Shown here: positions 5,129 through 5,406 of the stretch, one piece after another | How positions within the stretch are numbered: the stretch's first letter is position 1 | How the letters are laid out: each line of letters begins with the position of its first letter | Assembly: GCA_964617525.1 (NCBI GenBank) | Contig: CAZTWG010000046.1 | Location: 1-5,406, forward strand | DNA: 5,406 nt | Reading direction: 5' to 3' | Origin: an uncultured Gammaproteobacteria bacterium | Lineage (GTDB): Bacteria; Patescibacteriota; Patescibacteriia; UBA2591; UBA6264 | Notes under the pieces: model-generated | The model's input: only the letters and a program-made list of their open reading frames with translations | Databases searched by the model: none | Told to the model about the DNA's origin: nothing | Position numbers and translations under genes: made by a program

Positions 5129-5146
5129 TTTAGGAAACAATGTCAA
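5118..5146 (-). promoter_or_regulatory. Sigma70-type promoter of the MNT-HEPN operon
   Basis: On the minus strand: TTGACA (complement of 5141-5146), a 17-nt spacer, then TACAAT (complement of 5118-5123). The predicted start near 5111 gives a leader of about 15 nt with no Shine-Dalgarno before the ATG at 5096. Confidence 0.6.
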
Positions 5147-5203
5147 TATTTTTTAATACGGCTTATCTCTATTTTTGAGTTATACCATATTAACGATTAA
5201 GTC

Positions 5204-5246
5204 AAACAAAATTATTTACCAATTTTTAATTCTTTTCTTAGTTTTA
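5204..5246. repeat. Right copy of the perfect 43-bp direct repeat, overlapping the intact 3' end of the HTH gene
   Basis: Identical to 3972-4014. It spans the last 10 codons, the stop (5216-5218) and 12 nt downstream of the excisionase-family HTH gene. Confidence 0.9.
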
Positions 5247-5406
5247 TCACGCAAATCTCTGTAAGCCTTGCGTGTGTCTTTTTCTAAAGCAGGGGATATT
5301 AATCTCAAAATTTCCGAGCCCAAGATTTTGTATCTTCCGCCTATTTTATTAGCACGAATAATACCGCTTTTTAGCCAGCGTTTAATGGTGCTTTTACTGA
5401 TTCTTA
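5216..5406 (-). CDS. Excisionase-family (MerR-like, HTH_17-type) helix-turn-helix DNA-binding protein, C-terminal part (partial, 5' end beyond the right edge)
   Basis: My own translation of the minus strand gives RISKSTIKRWLKSGIIRANKIGGRYKILGSEILRLISPALEKDTRKAYRDLRDKTKKRIKNW-stop. The S.STI.RW...G.I.A.KIGGRY.I segment is the signature of the excisionase-family HTH. This ORF is absent from the supplied track because it is truncated by the window edge. Confidence 0.75.
   Translation of the reverse strand, partial: RISKSTIKRWLKSGIIRANKIGGRYKILGSEILRLISPALEKDTRKAYRDLRDKTKKRIKNW

Larger units (their letters stand above)
4015..5203 (-). mobile_element. Putative inserted MNT-HEPN cassette (1189 bp between the repeats), with its own promoter and no recombinase
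   Basis: The segment is bounded exactly by the 43-bp direct repeats. It contains only the two toxin-antitoxin-like genes plus their promoter and operator. It has the lowest GC in the window (12/60 in line 4561-4620). I saw no terminal inverted repeats. Mobility is inferred, not shown. Confidence 0.4.

Noticed and set aside
5179-5205. A second promoter-like element upstream of the MNT gene: TTGACT (complement of 5200-5205, straddling the repeat boundary), 15 nt, then TGGTATAAC (complement of 5179-5187).
   Set aside because: The 15-nt spacer is suboptimal, and -10-like hexamers are frequent in DNA this AT-rich. The downstream TTGACA-17-TACAAT promoter is much better. It is worth remembering only because its -35 would be created by the junction.
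3972-5246. The two 43-bp repeats considered as a CRISPR array, or as terminal repeats of an IS or MITE.
   Set aside because: There are only two copies, 1189 bp apart, in direct rather than inverted orientation, and the interval is filled by intact genes. I found no inverted termini at 4015 or 5203 and no transposase.
1-5406. tRNA, rRNA or other recognisable RNA genes.
   Set aside because: I saw no cloverleaf-compatible segments with GTTC-type T-loop context, no rRNA-like conserved blocks and no SRP, RNase P or tmRNA signature motifs. The only non-coding candidate is the unclassified 3713-3971 locus, reported separately.

Overview
AT-rich window, about 20-37% GC in the lines I hand-counted. 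Start codons mostly lack Shine-Dalgarno sequences. This suggests a small-genome, possibly Patescibacteria/CPR-like bacterium, but that is inference only. The left half (1-2645, minus strand) is an ordinary, tightly packed cell-envelope operon: a GalE-like NAD-dependent sugar epimerase, then the MurJ lipid II flippase, then the start of a third gene. The right half looks accessory and holds four elements. (1) A membrane-anchored staphylococcal-nuclease-fold (thermonuclease) protein with a Cys-rich C-terminal module, in a locally GC-elevated stretch. (2) A convergent, unrecognisable 50-codon basic ORF with an AGGAGG site. (3) A two-gene wHTH-nucleotidyltransferase (MNT) / HEPN toxin-antitoxin-like cassette on the minus strand. 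(4) The 3' end of an excisionase-family HTH gene running off the right edge. The most notable observation is that the MNT-HEPN cassette is bracketed by perfect 43-bp direct repeats (3972-4014 and 5204-5246). These repeats duplicate the last codons, stop codon and 12 downstream bases of the HTH gene, which looks like a site-specific insertion scar with no recombinase visible in the window. Also notable: a 20-bp perfect palindrome sits over a near-consensus promoter of the cassette, the HEPN signature has Tyr where RNase-type HEPNs have His, and the two cassette genes overlap by 53 nt. No homology search was possible, so all family calls rest on motifs read by eye.
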